This document shows, in pieces, positions 1-9,976 of a DNA stretch of 32,370 bases. The DNA is from Jimgerdemannia flammicorona. Taxonomy: Eukaryota. The notes beneath the pieces were generated by a model. That model had not been told where the DNA came from. It made no database searches and saw only the letters and a list, made by a program, of their open reading frames with translations. The translations under genes were made by a program, and so were the position numbers. The stretch lies in the NCBI GenBank assembly GCA_003990765.1, contig RBNJ01000353.1:1-32370 (forward strand), given 5' to 3'. Position 1 is the first letter of the stretch. Each line of letters starts with the position of its first letter.

Positions 1-402
1 TTTTTTACTCTATAGTAACTACAAATAATCTTGTCAACAATTTTATCAGATTTTAGAATAAAGATTATCAAGAGTATGAGAGATTATTAAAGATGTTTGA
101 CTTAAAGTATTATTATTACTATAAATTATTAAAGATTAGTCTATCAATATGAGTACTTAAATATACTATATATATATATATTTAAGTATATATTTACATA
201 GATATATATAATATGTATATAAGTTATATAGTAGATTTAGATTGAAGGATTTAGATTAAAGAATTCAGATTAAAGAATTTGGATTGAGTAATTCAGATTG
301 ATCTGAGTTGGCTCAGATTGTTTCAGATTTAAGATTTAGATCAAACTGCTATATAATAAATTAAATCTAGATTTGATTTGAATCAACTCATTTGAAGTAC
401 TA
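1..402 (-). mobile_element. Left (transposase-proximal) end of a second, more decayed copy of the hAT family at 16618-23124; runs off the window start
   Basis: Reverse complement of 402->300 (tagtacttcaaatgagttgattcaaatcaaatctagatttaatttattatatagcagtttgatctaaatct) aligns to 16618 onward (tagtgctctgaacaagtcaattcaaatcaaatctggattcaatttgtcacataatggtttgatctaaatct). 40-150 aligns to ~17050-17160 (catattga..gtcaaacatct..aaaatctga). Same subterminal aatct/aatcc repeats. Confidence 0.85.
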
Positions 403-2416
403 CTTTCAAGTATCTAGTATCTATCAAGTTATATGACAATAATATCATCTATGCTCAAAGAAAAAGAAATGAGAGATATATCTCTATAGTAATATTATAG
501 AATTTGTGATATTTTTCTAAATATATTATATACTTTAAATATCAGCAAAACCTCTTTTTAATTGAGAAAATAATATCTTATAATAATAAAGAGATATATA
601 TATTTAAAGTGTATAACAGTCTATGATTTAAATAAACGTAAATTAATAATAGCCTCAAAATATTACAATCATTATAAAATTAATAATATATTAAATAGTG
701 TAAAAACTTTTATATATATAATAACTATATAAGAGAATACTTTATTAGAGTACTATTACTTAGTTCTGGAAGAGTTTTCTGGAAGTTCTGAATATTCTGG
801 AAGACTGTTTTCTTAAGGTCAAGATCAATTTCAAATAGAGTATATTATCTATACTTATTAATTTCAAGATTAGATTAATATCTCAACTAAAGTTCTTTTC
901 TGGACTTATTCTGAATATTCAGGAGTTTCTATATTTCAGAAAGTTCAAAAAAAACTAAGATTAGCTTATTTGAATTGATATATCACTATAGATAATACTC
1001 AATTAGGAAATTTTGAAATCTGGTTAGGAGTAAGATCTAATATAGGATGGGTTTACTTAAGAGTAGTTTGTGGATTATTAAAGAGATTTATTCACTATTC
1101 ATAATATTACTATTGGCTAATACTAGGAGTAGTTTATGAAAGAGTATTTATATAGAGAAGTATTCTTGACTTATTTGTCTGTATTCTTGTCAAAGTTTCT
1201 GAGATCTGAAGGAGCAGATATATATTTATACTAATGAGAGGCTATCTGGACTATACTAAATATAGATATAGTACTTTAGTACTTTGATAAGTCAGAATAT
1301 AGTTACATACTATAAGTGTGAACTGATATATCAAGAGATTAACTAATTGCTGAGTTAGTATATTATATAAAATAAGACTAATTTAACTATACTAATGGCT
1401 GCTATGCTATTTATAGATTTAGATACTATCTGGATATTCTTTAATGAGATTACTATCAATGACTTTATCTCTGATAAAGTAGTTATCTATGATGAGTAGT
1501 TCTTAGATTATATCTCTTTATTCATTTATATAGTAATATATTGAGACCATATTACTGTTCCACATAATGTTATTATCTGTCTCATATATTGGATATAGTA
1601 TTGGTGGACAGAGAAAGTGTATATTGTCTTCACTTTTATTGGATTTGATATCAGTATATCTTTAATAGATTACAGTACTATATATTGTAGAGTTATATTA
1701 TACTAGTAGCTATTTTTTATTTTACTTATACTTGGGAGGTGGGGTTGTTGGTTCTATCTCAAGAGTTGTCTGGAGATATAGGTTATATTCTCTAGTCTCT
1801 TTATTGTAGTTGAAGTAATTGGTTATAAATGCAGATTGATACTCAGTCAGTGGTCATTATTCCAATAGATCTTATATATAATATTGAACTATTATAAGTT
1901 TATCAGCAAGATTGGCAGAGTGATCAGGGTTGGTAGTGATTTTTGGCTAGAGATCATATCAGCATTAAAGAGATGATTGTCTTCTGCTTCATTATTATTG
2001 AACTGGATTATATCATAAATGTCCTTTATAATATATCTAACTTGAGATATTTGCAGAATATAATCATCTGAATATAGGAAGAATCTGTCTATAGTTTGGA
2101 CATACTCAATATATTTATGATTGAGTTCTTGCACCATATTATTGATTTGGTTATAGGTTAAAGTGGTAACTATTTCAGTAGTAGTAACTTAGAGGTAAGG
2201 AATAACAGTACTATATTTATATAAGAGTTCTCAGTACTTACAGATAATAAGTTTCTAATATTGAGATATTTCAGTAATATTTATATCATAGTGGTGGTTA
2301 ATTATACATATCTTTCAGAAAACAGCTGATCTGGTAGTAGCTTGAGATTTGTCCAATTCAGTAGACCTTGCTAAGTATGTTAGAGTATTCCATCAGGCTC
2401 CTATGAAATAGAGAGG

Positions 2417-2761
2417 TGTTAGGCTATAGATATTCATGAGAGACAGGGGTACTGTGGCTCAGTTGATAATGGTATTCCAAATATCAGTATAAATAGAGTT
2501 ATAAATTTCAGTAATCATAGCTAGGTATATATTTGAGAGTTACAGTTGTTTATTTTGATTTATTATAGTTCTCTATTTTGATATACTATATATTTAGTAT
2601 ATACTTTTGGTCCTGATTGGTAAGGTTCTGTTTGTATAAATCTTATGTTCTATGACTTCAAGTTGACTCAGCTTCATGATCTGTAACTTCAGTTTGACTC
2701 AGCTTTGTGATCTAGCAAGAATGATATACAATTTTGGTAGCTTGAAAGTTGTATACTTACA
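2417..2761 (-). repeat. Probable decayed LTR of an older Ty3/Gypsy element
   Basis: Termini TGTTAG...CTTACA. Immediately followed by actctcctcttctt (minus-strand PPT aagaagaggagagt), the same junction geometry as the intact element at 3756/3757. Internal 31-bp tandem duplication at ~2653-2713. No partner LTR identified. Confidence 0.4.
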
Positions 2762-3280
2762 ACTCTCCTCTTCTTAGTTTTTGATATTTTTATTAAGATC
2801 TTCTAATTTGGTTTAGTGTTGTTATATCATTTAAATGATCAAAAGTTCAATAATGTTCTTTTTTCTCAGAAAGTAGTATACTTATAGTATAGTTGCTTAA
2901 TATATTAGATTTATATATTAAAGAGTCATATATTCAATACTATATATCAGAAGTAATTCTGACATCATTTATTGCTGGAGAATTTCTCTAAGAAATCTTC
3001 TTAAATGACTATACCTTATTTTCCACCAGTGATATAGGAAGAATAGACTGTTTTCAGTTTTGCTATTTCTCTAGAGAGTTAGTATTTCTTTTTTGCTTTG
3101 ACTTACTGAGTTCTTGATTTCTTTGTAATAATTATAAGAGTGCTTTTAACAATATTCAGGGGGGGTTATATATAGTATAGGAATGATAGATATTGGAGTA
3201 TTTGAATTAGTTGTTCAAGAATTCATATTCTTAAACTAAGTCAATAGTATTCTAGAGGTTTGATTTAGATTTCTATGTAG

Positions 3281-3756
3281 TGTAACGTAGCAGACGCTTA
3301 CTCTTGAAAGTATGTCGGATTTCTGTATCTTGAAAACTTGACTGTTCTGACTCTTGCAGAGTCTCTTGAAGTTGCAGGGGAGGGTGGGTGAGTTCGAAGT
3401 GTATCTGCACACAGGCTTACTAGTTCTTTTGCTATATCTTTGCTTTGAACTATTTCGATCTGAGGTTTATTCACTCGAAGATACTGGGTTATTTATACAA
3501 GTTTGCTAGCTATGAGAGGGTGGCTAAGTAATAAATGAGTCATTTGGACTTTGTTGAAACATTTGGACAATGTCTAAATACTATACTAAATCGGGGTATT
3601 CGATTTGGATAATGTCTAAAATTTAGACAATGTCTAAGAATTTAGACAATGTCGAAATCAAGGACTGCTAACTATAAGGCTATACTACTTTGGAAATGGA
3701 TGCGATCAAGTGTCTATTCCCTATTTCCTTCTTCCATATTTGGCTGTACCATTACA
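3281..3756 (-). repeat. 3' LTR (476 bp)
   Basis: tgtaacgtag...accattaca; aligns end to end with 9500-9976 (by-eye count ~45 substitutions + 1 indel). Minus-strand TATAAATA (3490-3497) and AATAAA (3466-3471). Confidence 0.96.
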
Positions 3757-3770
3757 ACTTCCTCCTGAAT
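3757..3770 (-). promoter_or_regulatory. Polypurine tract
   Basis: Minus strand attcAGGAGGAAGt directly abutting the TGTAAT start of the 3' LTR. Confidence 0.75.
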
Positions 3771-3793
3771 AGATGGTCTCATCCTTGAGGCAT

Positions 3794-4255
3794 CTATTCA
3801 AACTCCCAGGTTTCAACAGTCTGTATGGTCTTGTACTGTACAATTTGCTGCATGACTGTTTCCCAATGATGTCTTCTCACTTTCTCGAAGTCGGTAGGGG
3901 TTACTCCTCTCAGGTGGTCTATCGCTGCTTCATCTTCTCGGAATAACTTGTGGATCCTTTTGGCAATAGTGATCTGTGAGTGGGAGAGTTGACACTCAGC
4001 AATCCAGTCCTCCTTGGTCTTTGCTGGATCCTGATTGAGCACCTGTCCAAGCTTGAAGTACTCTTGGAATTCTGCCTGATATTGATAGACTCTAAAGTGT
4101 AAGATCCAAGAGAGATGAGTTTGCACAATACTCTGAATATCCTCATAGTATGGCTCTATAGTCGGAGGCTCGGTGGTGTGCCATTGTCTTTCGATGGCTC
4201 TTTGGGCAGCACTAGTGATCTTGAGTGCTATTGCAGTACTTTTGTTACTGGCCAT
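3794..4255 (-). CDS. Accessory 3' ORF (153 aa) of the Ty3/Gypsy element, unknown function
   Basis: Open ATG-to-TAG ORF filling the space between integrase and PPT. Its ATG (4255) overlaps the integrase stop (TAA at 4245-4247; ATGGCCAGTAA). Confidence 0.7.
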   Translation of the reverse strand: MASNKSTAIALKITSAAQRAIERQWHTTEPPTIEPYYEDIQSIVQTHLSWILHFRVYQYQAEFQEYFKLGQVLNQDPAKTKEDWIAECQLSHSQITIAKRIHKLFREDEAAIDHLRGVTPTDFEKVRRHHWETVMQQIVQYKTIQTVETWEFE

Positions 4256-5420
4256 GATATTTCTTGAGTCAGTTTCAGTGAATGGTGGTGGGGATTATTG
4301 TGCCTGAGGGTTTTCGTAGCCAAAAGGTGGTCCCTCTTATATCTTGCACAAGGTAAGGTCCTTCCTACTTGGGCTCCAGTTTTCATGACCATGAAGCTTC
4401 CACTATATTCCGATACACTAGGACTTTGTCTCCTATCTTGATAATCTCCAAGGGCTTGTGGGTCTTTTCCACATTCCTCTGTTGTAGTGTCTGCGCCTTG
4501 GTTATGTAATCCTCAGCCTTCTTCCTGATTTGGTGTAGTCTCCATATTTCCATGTCCACATGTTTCCATACAGCATCTCCATTGGATGATAGGGTTCCTT
4601 GAGAACATTCTTCTCCGAATAGTATTTCTCAAGGGGTAAAGTGAGTACTTTGTGATCGGATATCTTGGAGAGCAGATAGTGCTATTGGCAGATAGTGATC
4701 CCAGTTCTTGTAGTTATCACAGATCTTGGCGATAACATTCTTGAGGGTTTTGTTGGTCCTTTCTACTTGTCCATTTCCTTGGGGGTGATAGGCTGTGGTC
4801 CGAATGTGCTGGATCTTGTACTTCTTGTAGAGAACCTCAAATAGCTGGTTCACAAATTCTGTTCCTCTATCTGTAGTTACTTGTGTTGGGGTCTTGAACC
4901 GACAGATGATTTCCTTGTGGAAGAAATCAGTAATGGACTGTGCATTGGCTTTCTTGAGAGGTCCTGCTTCTATCCACTTTGTAAAAAGGTCTATGATGAC
5001 AATGATGTATCAGTTACCAGTCAGGGTCAAGGGTAGAGGGCCGATTACATCTATTGCTATATGGGCAAATGGTACTGGTTCTATGTGTACTGATCCTGGG
5101 GCTTGATTCCATTGGTCTTGTTTCTGTTTCTGGCATTTGTCGCATGTCTTGACAAATTGTCTGATATCTTCCTCCATCTCTGGCCACCATATTGTTCTTC
5201 TTGCCTTATCATATGTATTCATTCCTCCTAGATGGCCAAGTTCATATACTGATTTCATCGCTTGCTCCTTCTTGTGTTCTGGTATGACCAGTAGTTTTCC
5301 TTTCTTCAGTGTTTCTCTGTCAGTTTCGAATTGTTTCCATGTCCTGTTGATAATCATTTGTGTCTATTCTTCCAGATGTTGGGGCATCTTTCGCTGTCCC
5401 AGGTATGTGATAATTCCATA
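4245..5420 (-). pseudogene. Integrase region of pol (zinc-binding, DDE core, GPY/F; no chromodomain)
   Basis: GHLGGMNTY...CDKCQ, IAIDVIGPL, TDRGTEF, TTAYHPQGNGQVERTNKTLK, KLEPK*EGPY; several in-frame stops. Confidence 0.95.
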
Positions 5421-5475
5421 GTAGAGCTTCTTATTCATGATTGATTTGTTGGTTGGAGGTAGTTCAAGGTGTCTG

Positions 5476-6750
5476 TCAGAGAGCATCTGCATTGGAATTT
5501 GTTCTTCCAGGGCGGTGTACAATGGTTATATCATAGGCTTGTAACTTCATTATCCATCTGGCATAGATACCCTTGGGTTGTCCAGTTGTCAGTAGCCAGG
5601 TGAGAGCTGAGTAGTCCATCTGGATGGTGAAGTGTCTTCTGGCCAGGTAGTAGCGGAACTTTTCCACAGCCCAGATGACTGCAAGGCATTCCAACTTATA
5701 GGACTTGTATTCTTTTTCAGCCCCTCGGGTTCCGCGGCTAAGATATGCAATGACATACTCTTTTTTGTCTTCTTTTTGAGCTAGGACTGCTCCTAGTCCC
5801 TGTGCACTTGCATCTGTCTGAAGGATAAATTCTTGGGTCCAATTGGGTCATCTGAGGATGGGTGCCTGAGTTAATCTGACCTTGAGTTCGTCAAATGCTT
5901 TTTGTTGTTTGCCAGTCCACTGGAACTTGGTATCCTTCTTGTTGAGTTTGTAGATTGGATCTGCAATGTTGGAGAATCCTCTAATGAATCTGTGATAGTA
6001 GGAGGCAAGTCCCATGAAGGCTTGGGCTTCTGTAACAGTAGTAGGCCTTGGGTATGCTGCTACTGCTTGTATTTTGAGGGGGTCCATGTGTATTCCATCT
6101 CGATTGATAATATGGCCAAGATCGGAGATCTCGATTTCTGCAAACTTACACTTCTTGGGTTTGATATAAAGGCCATGTTGTCTTAGTCTCTCCATTATCT
6201 GCTGTATGTGCTGCAGATGTTCCTCAGGTGTCTTGCTGTAGATTATTATATCATCAACATAGACCATCATCTATCTTCTCATGTCATAGCAGAAGATTTT
6301 GTTCATCATTCGCTGAAAGCTTGCTGGTGCATTGCACATTCTGAATGGCATTCATAGGTAGATGTAGGTTCCATCTGGGGTAATGAAGGCTGACTTTTCA
6401 CTTGCCACTTCTGTGAGTCCGATTTGGTGGAATCCTGAGTATAAGTCCAAGGTGCTGTAGTACTGTGCTTCATCTCCCAGTGTTATAAGAATGTCACTGA
6501 TGAGCAGCAGTGGTTGGCGATCCTTCTTGGTGACTGCATTGAGCTTTCTGTAGTCGACACAGAGCCTTGGGGCAAATTCTCCAGGTTTGCTTCCTTTTTT
6601 CGGGGCTAGTACAACTGGTGAAGACCAGGGGCTACTGGCTTCTTTGATGATGCCAGCTTCTTCCATCTACTTGATTTCTTCTCTGAGCCATTCTCGGTAG
6701 GCTGGTGGGACAGGTCTTGCCTTCTGGTAAATTGGTTCGGTGTCTCTGGT
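5476..6750 (-). pseudogene. Reverse transcriptase and RNase H region of pol
   Basis: SSPWSSPVVL, RLCVDYRKLN, LDLYSGFHQI, YVDDIIIYS, QTDAS, LECLAVIWAVEKFRYYL, HRPGRTNSNADAL; one frame with scattered stops. Confidence 0.97.
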
Positions 6751-6951
6751 ATCTACCTCGTGATAGTAGTGTGGGGTCTTTCCCTTGATATCCTTGAAAT
6801 CTGTGGCAAGGACATCCTCGAATTTGTGGAGTATTTTCTTGAGTTCTTCCTTGAGTGGGAATTTGTCTCCAATGGTATAACTGTGCTTGCTCATGTTTTC
6901 CTCCTTCTTATGCTTGAGTTCGGTGATCTTGGTGCTGGCGAATACTCGTCT

Positions 6952-7368
6952 TCCTGTCGATCCGAATCCTTTCTTTCCTCTTTTCATTTCCTCCAGATTC
7001 TTGACTTCTATGATCCTTGGCTGTATGATTGGGAAGATCAACATCTGTGCCAATCGGTCCTTCTTCTTGACTGGGAATGGAATTGTAGGATTATGGTTCC
7101 TAGCAATGAGTAGAATTTCTCCAGTATAGTCTGAATCAATGATTCCTCCTTCGATTGTGATTTCGCTTCTAGCCAGGCTGCTTCTTGTCTTGAGAATCCC
7201 AACATGATCCTTTGGGATGGTCATCTCCAGTCCAGTTGCGAGTAGGGTGGTTGTCTGGGGTTCTAGTATAGTTTCTTCTACTGTAGCAATGTCCATTCTA
7301 GCTGCATTTTCTGACTTGTATTCTGGCAAGACTGCATCAGAGTGGATCTTTCGAATCTTGACCTTGAT
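6952..7368 (-). CDS. Trimeric dUTPase domain embedded in pol between protease and RT
   Basis: All five dUTPase motifs in order in ORF 6667..7752: AARMD, RSS, GIIDSDYTGEI, DRLAQM, RGKKGFGSTG; same frame as PR and RT. Confidence 0.95.
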
Positions 7369-7699
7369 TTCTTCTTCATCATCACTGTTCTCCAGGAGGG
7401 CTGGTGGTTCATCATCTTCCTCCTTCTCTTCCTCCCTGATCTGTTTTTCAAGAGCTTTCTGTCTCCTTTCCTGGTAGATCTTCTTGGTTCCGATGGTGCA
7501 CTGGTAGCAATCGTTGACATGCTCTATACAGTACATCTTGATTCCATGAGGACAGACTCCTTGTGGGGCATAGCCTTCTGCGATCTTCTTGCACCATTCT
7601 TCTTCACTCATCCATCCAACTTTCTTCTTCTTTGGGGTAGTCACCATATAAGCTTCCTCTTGCTCACTCTCTTCTTCCTCCATATTGGGCAGGACTCCT

Positions 7700-8075
7700 T
7701 TGTTGATGTTGATGGGAATTTGTATCTTCTGTCCTCGGTAGGTGATCTGCATCTTCTGAGCATTGAGATCGATTACTGCCTTGGCTTTGTGAAGCCATTG
7801 ATTGCTGATGAGGATGTCATAGTTGGTGGCATTGGTTATGATTACATCTACTGGGATTGTTGCTCCTCCAATCTTGATGGGAACATCTCAGATCTTTCCC
7901 AGAGGTGTGGCTCTTGTGCCATCGGCTGTGACAAATACTAACTTAGTTGCTTCTTCCACATCCCAACCTAGGCAGTCTGCTGCCTTCTTACTGAGGAGAC
8001 ATCCTCCTGCTCCTGTGTCAATGATGGCTTCAAAGACTCAATCCTTAATTTGGCATGTTGCATAAGCAGAGGTTT
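7700..8075 (-). pseudogene. Aspartic protease domain of pol
   Basis: AIIDTGAGGCLLS (DTG at 8011-8019)...YDILISNQWL; two TGA stops at Arg-like positions. Confidence 0.92.
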
Positions 8076-8079
8076 TGCG

Positions 8080-9385
8080 ATTGTCCTCACTTTCCTCTCC
8101 TGAGTCCTCTTGAACATTATTGGCCTTGGTTATCTTCCATCCTTGTTCCTTGGTTGTTTCGGCAAGTCCAAACCTCATTTGCTGTCTGAATGTTGGGATT
8201 TCTGTAAGCTGGCCAAAGGTTGCATTGACCTTTTGTTGACTGAGATCCTTGAAGATATCATACTTGAAGGTTTTGGTCTTGCGAAGCTTCTTTTCTTTTT
8301 CTCCTTCACTGGCTGGAGTGGTTCCTCAGATGATATCTTGAACTGCTTGCTCTAGCTCGGTATCTTGGTCTATCTCTTCGGCTTGACTTTCTGTGGCAGT
8401 TTCTATCTGCTTTTCCACTGGGTTCTTCTTTGGTCTTCCTGGCGGTCTCTTGTAGGGTTCTTTGCGAGTATCCTTCTTAGTGGTCTGAGCAGGATAGGCC
8501 TCCAATTCCTCTTCATCGGATTCTCTGATTTCTTCAAAGGTGATTGTATTGGCCTGCTCCTTGTTTTGTGTGACATTGCTTGGTTGAGTCTTGCATTTGG
8601 TTTCACTCATACATTTATAGGAGTAGTGGCCTTCTTCTTCACAGCTGTAGCAGGCACCTTTCTTTTTATCTGAGGTGGTGGCAAACTTCTGAACAGGGCA
8701 GCAATCTCTTCCTCGGATTTTCTTTACCACATCTCCCAGGTGGGCAGTCATTTCAGCAAACCTTTTGGCAAGTTCCTCCATAGGGTCACTGTTCTTTTAC
8801 TGCTCTGTAGCTTTTGGCTGAGGTGTGTTTCAATTGATCATTGTGGTGGGGATTACACTGGTTGCCTTGGGTGCCTCAATTCTGACTCCTGTAACTCTTT
8901 CCATTGTATGGTCTTGTGGGTGTCTGGCTATCCAGAATCACTGGTGATGAGCAGATGGCCATGACTATTTCTGGATGGACTCCTTTCATAAAGGTTGCTT
9001 CGGCTACTTGATCTTGGATAGCAGCAGCATAATCTGCAAGGATTATCTGATATCGAATTCTGGTATAGAATGTGTTTGGGTCCTTGCTCATTCCTTGGCA
9101 TGTTGTGTTGAGCTGATCCTTCAGGGCTTGCTTGATCTCATCTGTGTAATATGTATTTTGGAGCCAGGTCTTCTGTGCTGTCAGTATGGCATTGGCATCA
9201 TTTCCTGCATGGGTTGCGGCTGTGAATGCTGCTCTGGCAGGGCCTCGTAGGCTAAAGAGCATGAGGGCTACTTGCTGTGCTGCTGTCAGAGTCCTTACAG
9301 CAGCATACTGCTCGAAATCGTCAATGAAGGTGATGATTGATTCATCTGAGGTATATCCATGGAATACTGGCAGTCTCATATCCAT
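8080..9385 (-). pseudogene. gag (capsid-like N-terminus, CCHC zinc knuckle, AT-hook-like motif), in frame with pol from 8781 onward
   Basis: LPVFHGY...FIDDFE; CYSCEEEGHYSYKC (Cx2Cx4Hx4C); KRPPGRPKK; YDIFKDL...NATFGQL; frameshift/deletion near 8800-8930. Confidence 0.88.
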
Positions 9386-9481
9386 CTTGTCTGGGTATTG
9401 GGGCTCAGTTTGTATAGTTGTTCGGATAGTGGTGGTTGTTCATTGTTCAGCTTGAAAGTGAGGGATTCATCTTGAATCACC

Positions 9482-9496
9482 AGCCAATGGACACCA
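9482..9496 (-). promoter_or_regulatory. Candidate tRNA primer-binding site
   Basis: Minus strand act-TGGTGTCCATTGGCT, 3 nt downstream of the 5' LTR; begins with TGG, complementary to tRNA CCA. Cognate tRNA not determined. Confidence 0.6.
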
Positions 9497-9499
9497 AGT

Positions 9500-9976
9500 T
9501 GTAATGTAGTGGACACTAAGATGGGCAAGTACGTCGGATTTCTGTATCTTGAAAACTTGACCATTCTGACTCTCACAGAGTCTTTTGAAGTTGTAGGGGA
9601 GGGTGGGTGAGTTCAAAGTATATCTGCCCACAGACTTATTAGTTCCTTTGCTATCTCTTTGCTTTGAACTATTTTGATCTGAGGTTTATTCACTCCAAGA
9701 TACTGGGTTATTTATACAAGTTTGCTAGCTATGCGAAGGTGGCTAAGTAATAAATGAGTTATTTAGACTTTGTCAAAATATTTGGACAATGTCTAAATGC
9801 TATACTAAATCGGGACATTTGATTTGGATAATGTCTAGAAATTTAGACAATGTCTAAGAATTTAGACAATGTTGAAATCGAGGACTGCTAACTATAAGGC
9901 TATACTACTTTGGGAATGGGTGCGATCAAGTGTCTATTTCCTATTTCCTTCTTCCAAATTTGGCTGTACCATCACA
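9500..9976 (-). repeat. 5' LTR (477 bp)
   Basis: tgtaatgtag...accatcaca, direct repeat of 3281-3756. Confidence 0.96.

Larger units (their letters stand above)
3281..9976 (-). mobile_element. Full-length Ty3/Gypsy (Metaviridae) LTR retrotransposon, gag-PR-dUTPase-RT-RH-IN plus extra 3' ORF; inactivated by stops/frameshifts
   Basis: Two ~90%-identical LTRs with TGT...ACA ends, PBS- and PPT-like sites, domain order PR-RT-RH-IN diagnostic of Ty3/Gypsy. Confidence 0.97.

Noticed and set aside
403..2416. Assignment of this decayed stretch (including ORF 1892-2137) to a specific element
   Set aside because: Clearly CpG-depleted and repeat-like, but no motif could be recovered in any frame by eye.
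3794..4255. env gene or chromodomain
   Set aside because: No signal peptide, TM helix or furin site; no chromodomain aromatic-cage/YLVKW pattern; separate frame from integrase.
4894..9455. Numerous + strand ORFs (e.g. 7342-7941, 199 aa)
   Set aside because: Antisense to gag-pol; composition mirrors the purine-rich coding strand.
3281..9976. Active/intact retrotransposon
   Set aside because: gag-pol has more than ten in-frame stops plus frameshifts, and the LTRs are only ~90% identical.
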